Virus record (IMG/VR): IMGVR_UViG_3300025398_000034
Coordinates: 1-46,089 of that record
Length of the DNA stretch: 46,089 bases
Source: a virus
Lineage: Duplodnaviria > Caudoviricetes
Strand: one strand, 5' to 3'
Part shown: positions 9,612 through 17,152 of the stretch, one piece after another
How the letters are laid out: the number at the start of each line of letters is the position of its first letter
How positions within the stretch are numbered: the stretch's first letter is position 1
Made by a program: the position numbers and the translations under genes
Notes under the pieces: model-generated
Databases searched by the model: none
What the model was told of the DNA's origin: nothing
Seen by the model: only the letters and a program-made list of their open reading frames with translations

Positions 9612-10822
9612 AATACACCCCCAGATATTCCATTGGCGACATACAAACCTGTTGAAGAAAGGGTTGCCGCCTGCGAACCACTGACGGTAAATCCAATAAC
9701 ATTACTCGATGGCATATAAAGGCCAGTCGTTGTATTCCCAGTAAACGTCAAGGATGGGGTTGATACAGAGCCAAGAGATAACGTGACCAAACCAGATACA
9801 GTTGTATTTGATGTTGTACTATAAACATTTGTACCGTCACAAACTGCAAAAGCAGTTGTACCCTGAGCAACAGCCAATGTTGTACCGCTTCCTGCTGTCT
9901 TAAAAGTGACTGTGTACGATCCAGAAGTACCGTTTTGTAATGTGTATAGTTGAACTGTAGAAGGTAAAATAACTGTTGCATTTGAAGTCAAGGTTCCCAC
10001 GTATTCCTGTACTACGTTTGAACCTTCAGCAGAAGTTAAAGTTACAGTACCACCGGTGATAGATTTAGTTAGTTGAGTGAAAGCAAATTGATTTGAGCGG
10101 CCATAAGCATAGGTATTGAATCCAGATGATCCATTGGAAACAACAACCAAAGACTCAGTCAATTGCAATTGTTGAGTTGCATTACCATCAATAGTATCTG
10201 AACCACTGGGTGTTATGGTTAAAATCCCAGTTCCTGCATTTCTAATAACAACAAACCACCCTGCGCCTACACTAGAGGCTGTGGGTAGTGTGAATGTTCC
10301 CACACCGCTAGACCATACTTGGAATGATGCTCTATTGGTAATCGAAAGAGCCGTACTGGAATAAACCAATGAAACGGGTAGATTTTGATTTAAAGTTGTG
10401 CCAAGTGCTGTTAGGCCATAACCTGCAAGGGCAGAAGCATTTGCAGAAGAAGTACCTGCGCCAAGGGTAACAGTAGCCCAAGTTCCATTAATTGTGGTGT
10501 TATCTGTCAACCAAATGAATTGAGCAATACCGCTATTAATCGTAATAATTGTGTTGCCAGAATTGTCTGTAACGGTAAAAGGATTAGATCCTATGTTTCT
10601 GACTAAAACCGTTTGGCCAGTTGATACTTGAGTTGCAGGAGGTAGCTCTAACAATAATCCTGTGGTGGTTGCAGTACAGTCAATAATTGAACTTGCAGGT
10701 ATGTTTGTGTTTCCATTAATCGGCCACTGTAGCGTTGTGTTGCTACTAATTGTTAAGTTTTCGTAGCTGACTGATGATGGGCTAATTGTTTGCCCAGTAA
10801 AAGGATTTGTATATGTGGTCAT
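9608..10822 (-). CDS. Tail fibre/needle-like structural protein, 404 aa
   Basis: Thr/Ser/Gly-rich; repeated LP..A....G..v.vRN.G module; C-terminal [19 protein letters not shown] fibre motif. Confidence 0.65.
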   Translation of the reverse strand: MTTYTNPFTGQTISPSSVSYENLTISSNTTLQWPINGNTNIPASSIIDCTATTTGLLLELPPATQVSTGQTVLVRNIGSNPFTVTDNSGNTIITINSGIAQFIWLTDNTTINGTWATVTLGAGTSSANASALAGYGLTALGTTLNQNLPVSLVYSSTALSITNRASFQVWSSGVGTFTLPTASSVGAGWFVVIRNAGTGILTITPSGSDTIDGNATQQLQLTESLVVVSNGSSGFNTYAYGRSNQFAFTQLTKSITGGTVTLTSAEGSNVVQEYVGTLTSNATVILPSTVQLYTLQNGTSGSYTVTFKTAGSGTTLAVAQGTTAFAVCDGTNVYSTTSNTTVSGLVTLSLGSVSTPSLTFTGNTTTGLYMPSSNVIGFTVSGSQAATLSSTGLYVANGISGGVF

Positions 10823-10824
10823 GT

Positions 10825-11463
10825 TTAAGAGTCCTGTACAACTGTTTGACGATCCCCAATACGTAGGGTGTCCTCTGATTTAAGTGAAGCCATTGCTTGG
10901 TCAAACAAGGCGTTCCACGTAGCTAGGCGAGGATCATCCTTCAAAAATGGTGCGGTTTGCTTCAAAACACCAAATAACAATGCATTTGGCGCATTTTGAG
11001 TTAACCAGTTAGTTTGGTTATCAGAGGCTAATGGCTGTAAACGAGTATAGCAAATTGCCTCAAAAGCATACGCTTGATCAGGCGTAGGCGCTACAAACCA
11101 ATGATCCCAATCGTAATCGGCATAGTAAAGTGGCTGTCCAGTGACTGATACATTAGGAGCATATTCGTTCAAATACTCTAACTTACGCAATAGGATAGGT
11201 TGCTTACCAGAGGCAGTTGTGAGCGTCATAGAGACCGTTTTACGCCATCTAGCAGGCTTGGCAATGACTGGGTTGCCTGCATTCATGTTGCTGTCTACAA
11301 CGACCATTTGACCTAGGGTTTTAATCTCTTGGGCTATCTCAAACTCTGCCAAAGTAATGGCTGTAGGTATAAAGTTTACAACAGCGGTGTCTGATCGCTC
11401 TAAGTATTGCAATACCAAAGAGGTCAAATTATCGTAAGTTAAGACGTAAGAAGGCGTAGTCAT
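10825..11463 (-). CDS. Phage head-tail adaptor / tail tubular protein A-like, 212 aa
   Basis: LTYDNL...FIPTAITLAE, GQPLYYA, VAPTPDQAY, NWLTQNAPNALLFG pattern typical of podovirus adaptors; directly upstream of tail genes. Confidence 0.6.
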   Translation of the reverse strand: MTTPSYVLTYDNLTSLVLQYLERSDTAVVNFIPTAITLAEFEIAQEIKTLGQMVVVDSNMNAGNPVIAKPARWRKTVSMTLTTASGKQPILLRKLEYLNEYAPNVSVTGQPLYYADYDWDHWFVAPTPDQAYAFEAICYTRLQPLASDNQTNWLTQNAPNALLFGVLKQTAPFLKDDPRLATWNALFDQAMASLKSEDTLRIGDRQTVVQDS

Positions 11464-11494
11464 TCTTTGCCCTTATTAGCAGTTGCACATTGCA

Positions 11495-11523
11495 ATTTTA
11501 GTCTTTGTTTGAATGTCAAGCAA
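11495..11523 (-). promoter_or_regulatory. Putative sigma70 promoter for the adaptor/hub/ejection operon
   Basis: TTGCTT-N17-TAAAAT on the minus strand in the AT-rich gap; a promoter is needed here because a terminator at 11905 isolates this operon. Confidence 0.5.
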
Positions 11524-11611
11524 GAATAAAATCTTTGTGAAAACCCAGTATTTATGAACCTATTGTCACAAATTTACTCCAAAATGAAGTTTTTAACCAA
11601 AGGAGCTTGCC

Positions 11612-11875
11612 ATGAAATACGAAGTGAAAATGAATGATTGGATTCTAGGTTTGGACTTGACCATCGAAGCAGATGACTTTGACTTGATTTCTGAGATACA
11701 AATGGCCGTTGAAGCCATTGTTGATTCTTTCCATGAGTCTGTTGCTGAAGCAGAAAATGAGACTGAAGAGACTGAAGAGAGTGAAGAAGAATCTATTGAT
11801 TTTGTAGAAGATGATGCTGATGATGTAACCATTGAGGGTACACAAGGTACAGTGGTTATCATTAATACCAAATAA
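11612..11875 (+). CDS. Small highly acidic protein, 87 aa (only credible plus-strand gene)
   Basis: AAGGAG RBS at 11600-11605; fills an otherwise empty gap; followed by a bidirectional terminator; 28 Asp/Glu versus 3 Lys and no Arg. Confidence 0.8.
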   Translation: MKYEVKMNDWILGLDLTIEADDFDLISEIQMAVEAIVDSFHESVAEAENETEETEESEEESIDFVEDDADDVTIEGTQGTVVIINTK

Positions 11876-11904
11876 TCTAACATTACAAGTGTTAGTTTTA
11901 CCTT

Positions 11905-11931
11905 AAAAAGGGGGCTTTTGCCCCTTTTTTT
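11905..11931. terminator. Bidirectional Rho-independent terminator
   Basis: AAAAAGGGGGC-TTTT-GCCCCTTTTTTT between convergent genes, with A-run and T-run flanks. Confidence 0.9.
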
Positions 11932-12883
11932 ATACTTTGATCACTTTTCCTCTGAACTCAATGTGATCTTTGTCATAGACTGAAACCAATTCTGGATATA
12001 GCAATCTACCTTTATGGAAAGTTAAGACAGCAAATCCAGAGCGCCAGTTGAGTGGAGCTTCTTCTGTGTAATCCCTAAACTGAGGGCCTAAAGGGTCAGC
12101 CAATGTTCCGGTATCCACGCCATAGGTCGTTCCATTGAAATTTGTGTGCGGTATAACCTTCATGCTATGAAGATGCCCAGTCACAAAATTAGTCCCCGAA
12201 TGGAGTGTATTGTTGTATACAGCAAAATTGCCACCCTTCCATCGGTGCTTAACAACAGTTTGCTCGTTCATCCACACCGACCAACAGGGTTGCCAAGAAG
12301 GGAAATGGTCTTTTAGGCTGAATCCCTTGACGTGCTCATAGTGAGGGGCATTGGCCGCCAAAAACGTCTCAAAACGAGCGTCATGGTTACCCATGGGCCA
12401 TATCAATTTAATGCTTTTGTTTACATTTTTGGCTTCATCTTCAATTTCACCCATTGCCAATTCGCAGGCTTTTAGCTCTTCAATGACTGATGGTGCTTTG
12501 CTCCAACCAATGCGTGGATGCCTGCTGATACCGCCTGCACCATCAAAGACATCGCCATTTGCAACCACCGCTTTAAGGTCATCAAACTCTTTGATTGCCC
12601 AAATAAGGCCATCATATGCCGTTGACCTGAGACCGGGGAAAAAGTGCGCGTCCGAGAACACCAATACCGTCCCATTTAAAATACCCAAATCCAATCTTTG
12701 GGGGGCAGGATCAACCCTATCCTTGATTTGAATTGTAAGCAAATGTATTCCGTATCTACCTTCTAAAGAATTTCGCCTTGCTTGTATACCTCTGATTGAC
12801 AATCCCGTATCATTTGACATTGAAGCGGGATTTCCGTATAGCTGAAATAGCGTTATAAACTCTTCATCAGATAAATAATTCAT
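11930..12883 (-). CDS. Calcineurin-like metallophosphoesterase with N-terminal HTH-like segment, 317 aa
   Basis: All five motifs present: SDAH, NGDVFD, GNHD, KH, GHLH. Confidence 0.85.
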   Translation of the reverse strand: MNYLSDEEFITLFQLYGNPASMSNDTGLSIRGIQARRNSLEGRYGIHLLTIQIKDRVDPAPQRLDLGILNGTVLVFSDAHFFPGLRSTAYDGLIWAIKEFDDLKAVVANGDVFDGAGGISRHPRIGWSKAPSVIEELKACELAMGEIEDEAKNVNKSIKLIWPMGNHDARFETFLAANAPHYEHVKGFSLKDHFPSWQPCWSVWMNEQTVVKHRWKGGNFAVYNNTLHSGTNFVTGHLHSMKVIPHTNFNGTTYGVDTGTLADPLGPQFRDYTEEAPLNWRSGFAVLTFHKGRLLYPELVSVYDKDHIEFRGKVIKV

Positions 12884-13299
12884 AACTTCTTTCTAAAGTA
12901 AAGGGTGCCTTTAGCACCCCAAGGATGTAGGGGTTCGTATAACTTAAATCCACAAGAAATCAGAGAATTTGATGATGGTGGGTTATCGTAGGTACTTGTG
13001 ATCAAGTACTCCCATCCTATTTTTTTTGCAAAAGTTTGGCGCACTCGAATAAGTCTCTTCTGAACCCCGCGCCCACGAGCAGAATAAATAACACCTGCAC
13101 GGCAAAGATAACCAGTATCAGCCCACCTAGCAGAAGGAACAAGACCCGCGAAACCAATTGGAATGCCATCTTGATAAGCAATCCACCAATTTCCTTCGCT
13201 AACATCAAACGGTTTATCATAAGGAAGAATCTTCTTCTGCATAGACAACAGAAGTTCCTTATTAACTTCAAGTGATGCGTCTATGTGCTTGATTTTCAT
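12880..13299 (-). CDS. GNAT-family acetyltransferase (start at 13299 or 13320)
   Basis: PIGFAGL, acetyl-CoA motif V..SARGRGVQKRLI, NPPSSNSLISCGF. Confidence 0.85.
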   Translation of the reverse strand: MKIKHIDASLEVNKELLLSMQKKILPYDKPFDVSEGNWWIAYQDGIPIGFAGLVPSARWADTGYLCRAGVIYSARGRGVQKRLIRVRQTFAKKIGWEYLITSTYDNPPSSNSLISCGFKLYEPLHPWGAKGTLYFRKKL

Positions 13300-13340
13300 G
13301 CAGTAATGGTATTGTTTCATTACTGCACAATTATGACAAG

Positions 13341-13937
13341 CTAAGATAAAATTGATAACGCTTTTGTAGTAAGCGATATCCTTTCCTGCAAACCAAATGT
13401 ACCGCCATTGATACGTTTGGTTAAGCCCTCCCAGTTTTGGGCTTCAGCAAGCTCATTACAGCCATGAGTCTTCCAGAACCACCCTGCACTTAGGGCGGCA
13501 TACATGGGAGATGCTACCAAGGCAGTATCACCAGTGACAAAGTTTTGATTCACTGCTTGGCCAAAGTGCCAATAGTTATCGTGGCCAGTCAGTTGGATAC
13601 AGCCTCTGCCGTGGAATTTCCATCCGTCTCCCGAAGATTCATCACGATTTCCCATTCGATTAGCATAAATCCGATTGGCAATTTTCTCTGGATGGTGAGC
13701 GTAAACGGCAATCTCTTCTGGCTTAAATTTATGTCCGAAGAGCTTTTCCAAGGTTTCTGGTCTGTAGTTAAGGTTTTCTTCCAATGTCTTGAAATGGTTG
13801 CACTCATGCGAGCACTGTCCGATAAAAGCGGCCATTTTTTTGGCATCATTCATCCCAAACGTGGTAAATGTTGTAGTTAAGGGTTCTGACCATTCAGCAC
13901 CTATACCTAACGCATGGAGCTTTTCAGGACTGATCAT
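13341..13937 (-). CDS. Glycoside hydrolase family 19 endolysin, 198 aa
   Basis: AAFIGQCSHE, EENLNY, GDGWKFHGRGCIQLTG..NY, SAGWFW, TKRINGG. Confidence 0.92.
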   Translation of the reverse strand: MISPEKLHALGIGAEWSEPLTTTFTTFGMNDAKKMAAFIGQCSHECNHFKTLEENLNYRPETLEKLFGHKFKPEEIAVYAHHPEKIANRIYANRMGNRDESSGDGWKFHGRGCIQLTGHDNYWHFGQAVNQNFVTGDTALVASPMYAALSAGWFWKTHGCNELAEAQNWEGLTKRINGGTFGLQERISLTTKALSILS

Positions 13938-14497
13938 TTGACACCCTCGTTGACTGTCTGTCTTACTTGGTTGTATTGGGTAATACAGGCGTTGAGGCTT
14001 GTGATGGCGTTGTCTCCTTCTGTTGCGATGGAGATAAGAGCTTTGATAGTCTCTCGCTCAGATTCGCTTGGAGGGGCTGTATCTCCTCCGCTAGGGGCGG
14101 CATTTGTATTGGCTTGTACACCACAGGAGGAGGGGAGGCGCAACTCACCAGAGTCAGCCCTAGCATCAAGGCGAGCTTTGTTTGAATTAATTGCATTTCT
14201 TTCCTTCTGTAGTGAACTACTCAAATTTTTTACTTTTGTAGTTAGCTCTGCTTCTTTTGCCCGAGCTTCGCCATTAAGTCGCTCAATTTCGACTTGATCT
14301 TCTGTAACTCTTCTTTGATAACCGTGATGATCTGCGACATAGTAACCTCCTAAAATCATTAAAATAACACTGACAATCTGTACTGGGAACTTATATGTAC
14401 CCAACGGAAACACGTAAGACACTACGTGTACCAAAATTGAACATATAAGTACACAATATGCAATATAGAGGAAAATGTTAGCGAAAAATTCAATCAT
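13934..14497 (-). CDS. Rz: i-spanin (Rz-like), 187 aa from ATG 14497
   Basis: N-terminal TM segments, coiled coil, GELRL, C-terminal D.AI..LNAC..QY; ATG overlaps the end of the upstream gene; hosts an embedded lipoprotein gene. Confidence 0.8.
   Translation of the reverse strand: MIEFFANIFLYIAYCVLICSILVHVVSYVFPLGTYKFPVQIVSVILMILGGYYVADHHGYQRRVTEDQVEIERLNGEARAKEAELTTKVKNLSSSLQKERNAINSNKARLDARADSGELRLPSSCGVQANTNAAPSGGDTAPPSESERETIKALISIATEGDNAITSLNACITQYNQVRQTVNEGVK
13963..14196 (-). CDS. Rz1: o-spanin lipoprotein (Rz1-like) embedded in the i-spanin gene, 77 aa
   Basis: Signal peptide with lipobox LVS-C, then Pro-rich ASPPPVVYKPIQMPP, nested in another frame of Rz. Confidence 0.82.
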   Translation of the reverse strand: MQLIQTKLALMLGLTLVSCASPPPVVYKPIQMPPLAEEIQPLQANLSERLSKLLSPSQQKETTPSQASTPVLPNTTK

Positions 14498-14966
14498 TGA
14501 CGCTATCCCTCGCATGAGCCATTCTAAGTCTTTCCTCGTCATCTTCCAAGACAGGTGGGCCTGACGGAGGGGGTGGAGGTGTCCAATTCTGGAATTGAAC
14601 ATTAGACTGTGGCATTGCCCCAAAAGGTTGCGACATAGCCCCAAAACCCATAGGCTGTCCGAAATTGGGGTAGCAAGGGGGCATCTGAGGTGTTGTGGCT
14701 TGTTTTATCGATCCCAAAGAACCTGCTATGCCCCCCGCTACTTTTTTGCCTGCAACGCCTCCTATTGCCCCCACAAGGAGGAGCACGATGTCGTTGAGCA
14801 TCTTTGTATACGCTTGGTCAATCGGGGCCATAGCTTTAATAGGCTGAACCACAAAAGTGACGGAATAAAGAAGAGCAATAACAATGAAAAATAAAATGGC
14901 AGTAATAGATAGGACAACAATCGCCCAAACACGAGTGACAATTTCTTCATCTGTTAATCTATTCAT
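14490..14966 (-). CDS. Putative holin, two TM helices plus Pro/Gln/Met-rich tail, 158 aa
   Basis: VWAIVVLSITAILFFIVIALLYSVTFV and IVLLLVGAIGGVAG; located in the lysis cassette. Confidence 0.6.
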   Translation of the reverse strand: MNRLTDEEIVTRVWAIVVLSITAILFFIVIALLYSVTFVVQPIKAMAPIDQAYTKMLNDIVLLLVGAIGGVAGKKVAGGIAGSLGSIKQATTPQMPPCYPNFGQPMGFGAMSQPFGAMPQSNVQFQNWTPPPPPSGPPVLEDDEERLRMAHARDSVND

Positions 14967-15124
14967 TTCACTGGCGCGGTCAAGTACTCAGGACAAGTCT
15001 GACTAAACTCGCACTGAGGATGCTGACACTCTTTCTCATTAAAATGGGCAAAGTCTTGACACTTGTACCTGTAAGCATCTTTACAGGAAACTAGTAAAAG
15101 CGTGAGAATAATTACATATCTCAT
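14963..15124 (-). CDS. Unannotated 53-aa Cys-rich lipoprotein: MRYVIILTLLLVSCKDAYRYKCQDFAHFNEKECQHPQCEFSQTCPEYLTAPVK
   Basis: Translated by hand (below the ORF-track cutoff); lipobox LVS-C; its stop overlaps the holin ATG (ATGA); AAGGTG upstream. Confidence 0.8.
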   Translation of the reverse strand: MRYVIILTLLLVSCKDAYRYKCQDFAHFNEKECQHPQCEFSQTCPEYLTAPVK

Positions 15125-15671
15125 TCAATGACACCTTTGCTTTTTTGGTAGTCTAGATGAATACCATACATGAGTACGGAGAAAATAAATATCCATGTAA
15201 CCACGCCCGTAGCCAAAGCCACTCGAACTTTCCATTTATCGATAAACTGGCGGCGCTGAAGGGCAACCAACTCACGGGCTTTTTTTCGTCACGCTCGATT
15301 TTTTCTCGCTCTTTTCGCACAATTTCGCGCATTTCTGTGAACTTTTGCCATAAACCGGGCATCCCGACCTGATAAATGATCATTTCTCTTAACTCAGTCT
15401 CCATCTGATCGATCTGCTGTTGGCGCAGAATTCTGTTCATTGCCTCTTCGTTGATGCTGATATTCTTGGGCAATGGGTTCTTCTTGGCTTCTTTCTCTGC
15501 TTCTTTGAAAGACTCTTGGTGAGTAAAAAATGCGCCAAGGTTTTTCCCAATATCCCCGACAATATCACCAACGTCTTTACCGTCCCGCTTGAAGTCTTGA
15601 TATAGATCAATGCACTCACGAATCCCTGCATGAGCCGCCTTACACGCCGCAAAGATGGTGATTGGATCCAT
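15121..15671 (-). CDS. Coiled-coil membrane protein of the lysis cassette: 172 aa in frame 0 (stop 15153) or 183 aa via a -1 shift at A_AAA_AAG (stop 15121)
   Basis: The -1 frame continues ARELVALQRRQFIDKWKVRVALATGVVTWIFIFSVLMYGIHLDYQKSKGVIE and its TGA overlaps the next ATG. Confidence 0.7.
15279..15285 (-). other. Candidate -1 ribosomal frameshift heptamer A_AAA_AAG
   Basis: Codons GAA AAA AAG place the heptamer in the canonical X_XXY_YYZ phase. Confidence 0.55.
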
Positions 15672-15865
15672 TAGATTCCAAAGAACTTGTGGAAAAACTG
15701 AGCCGCCACACCCGGCCCAAACATCACCATGGCCATCACAGCATAGATCAAATACTCGATCTTAGTCATGCGTCTTTCGCCATTCTTTAACGATGCTTCA
15801 ATGTTGCGATAGCGCTCATCGCAAACAGCAATGTGGACGGCTAGGTCTTTCTCGGTATCGCTCAT
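15671..15865 (-). CDS. Small coiled-coil plus TM protein (XhlA/holin-like), 64 aa
   Basis: HIAVCDERY coiled coil followed by YLIYAVMAMVMFGPGVAAQFF; first gene of the lysis cassette. Confidence 0.65.
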   Translation of the reverse strand: MSDTEKDLAVHIAVCDERYRNIEASLKNGERRMTKIEYLIYAVMAMVMFGPGVAAQFFHKFFGI

Positions 15866-16092
15866 TCTTCACCTATGATTGCTGTTGATGTTTCTCTGTT
15901 AATGGTCATTTTACCTTCGCAGGTAAAGTTCCAATCTTCACTTCTAGAGTCTTTTTCAGTCTTTGAGGGTACATTTATTTCAACATTCTTGAATAAATAT
16001 TCCTTTTCTCCCTCAAAGACTCTCCAACAATGGTCTTTTGAACCCCTTCCAGTTGCTCCCCTAGATTTGTTGAATCTGATTGAATACTTCAT
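15862..16092 (-). CDS. Hypothetical protein, 76 aa
   Basis: ATGA-type overlaps on both sides. Confidence 0.75.
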   Translation of the reverse strand: MKYSIRFNKSRGATGRGSKDHCWRVFEGEKEYLFKNVEINVPSKTEKDSRSEDWNFTCEGKMTINRETSTAIIGEE

Positions 16093-16814
16093 ATCACCTC
16101 AGCCTCTGGTGGCGTGGTAATAGTCACTAGATTATTAACTCTAACACCAATATTGAAGTGAATAAACTTCAAAGGCTTTAAGGATGCATGGCGAGTAAAA
16201 GAATGGGGTGCCCAAGCATTGGCAAAAAATATCATCCCTGCCTCTGGCACAAAATTAATCATGTTACTAGCCTGAGTTGCTTCGTTCATATTGGATTCAG
16301 GAATATGAGCCATGACCTTACCGGGTCTAGGATCATGAACTACAACCCTTGATGACTCTGGCGGCACTTCAATAAAGTAGAAACCAACAATCTGCGCCCC
16401 ATAAGGATGAACGTGCTCGTCCATTGCCGAATGTCTGTGGTGCTCTTGCCCCCAAAACTCAGTGAAAAATGTGACCTTATCATCCATTTTGTAACCCTGA
16501 GATTGCAAAATGTTCCAAGCAGTTGATGCAATGTAATTGCAAGCCTCTTCCAATCTTGGATCACCAAACAAGTTTCCAGTCATGTGAACTGGGTATAACT
16601 TGTCCAATAATTTATCGGTCTTACCCTTCTTCTCTTTTTTAATTAACTTTATGTTTTCGTTGAAAACAGCAGTGGCATCTTTGAGAAATTCTTTTTTCTT
16701 GATGGTATATACGGCTGTAGGGAAGTAAAAGTGAGCACTTAATTGCTGTTCAATTGCTTCTTGGTTTACTTCCTTAACTTCACCAACAATTTCAACAGAG
16801 TTTTCGTCAAACAT
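16089..16814 (-). CDS. Putative 2OG-Fe(II) oxygenase (TIGR02466-like), 241 aa
   Basis: YFPTAVY, EHVHP, GFYFI, HDPRP, PEAGMIFF..W.PHS, F+HFN double-stranded beta-helix motifs; AAGGA RBS. Confidence 0.75.
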   Translation of the reverse strand: MFDENSVEIVGEVKEVNQEAIEQQLSAHFYFPTAVYTIKKKEFLKDATAVFNENIKLIKKEKKGKTDKLLDKLYPVHMTGNLFGDPRLEEACNYIASTAWNILQSQGYKMDDKVTFFTEFWGQEHHRHSAMDEHVHPYGAQIVGFYFIEVPPESSRVVVHDPRPGKVMAHIPESNMNEATQASNMINFVPEAGMIFFANAWAPHSFTRHASLKPLKFIHFNIGVRVNNLVTITTPPEAEVI

Positions 16815-16865
16815 AATCTTCCTTTGATAGTTAACAATAAGTTAGATTATGCACCATAAATACTA

Positions 16866-17147
16866 TTAACGACCAATAATAGCCATTATTTCAGCCTCTG
16901 TAAGTCCAAGTGCTGTAAGTTTTGCAATTGCAGATTCCTTTTCTGCAATTGTAGGATCTACAACTGGCGTTGGTGTTACAGGTGCTACAAATGTCTCATT
17001 AGAATATGTATAACCTATACCAATTGTTATACCTTCAACATTAATTGCTGTATGAGTATTGGGAGCAGACCAAGAATCACCACCATCCCAAAGAATTACA
17101 TTGTCTACAACATTTGTTTCTTTATTAATTAATGCGTATTTATACAT
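16866..17147 (-). CDS. Small tail-fibre-associated protein (assembly chaperone-like), about 93 aa
   Basis: YALIN..TNVVDNVILWDG...IGIGYTY...F.AP; C-terminal KLTALGLTEAEI; follows a Gly-rich fibre gene. Confidence 0.6.
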   Translation of the reverse strand: MYKYALINKETNVVDNVILWDGGDSWSAPNTHTAINVEGITIGIGYTYSNETFVAPVTPTPVVDPTIAEKESAIAKLTALGLTEAEIMAIIGR

Positions 17148-17152
17148 TTTGA

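Noticed and set aside
13019-13028. A-run in the GNAT gene (GCA AAA AAA ATA) as a second frameshift site
   Set aside because: Frame 0 completes the GNAT fold and couples to the next gene, so no shift is needed
14498-14644. N-terminal extension of the i-spanin ORF (likewise 34547-34660, 25525-25581, 42806-42856)
   Set aside because: These extensions overlap upstream genes or lack an RBS; internal ATGs give coupled starts or a good RBS
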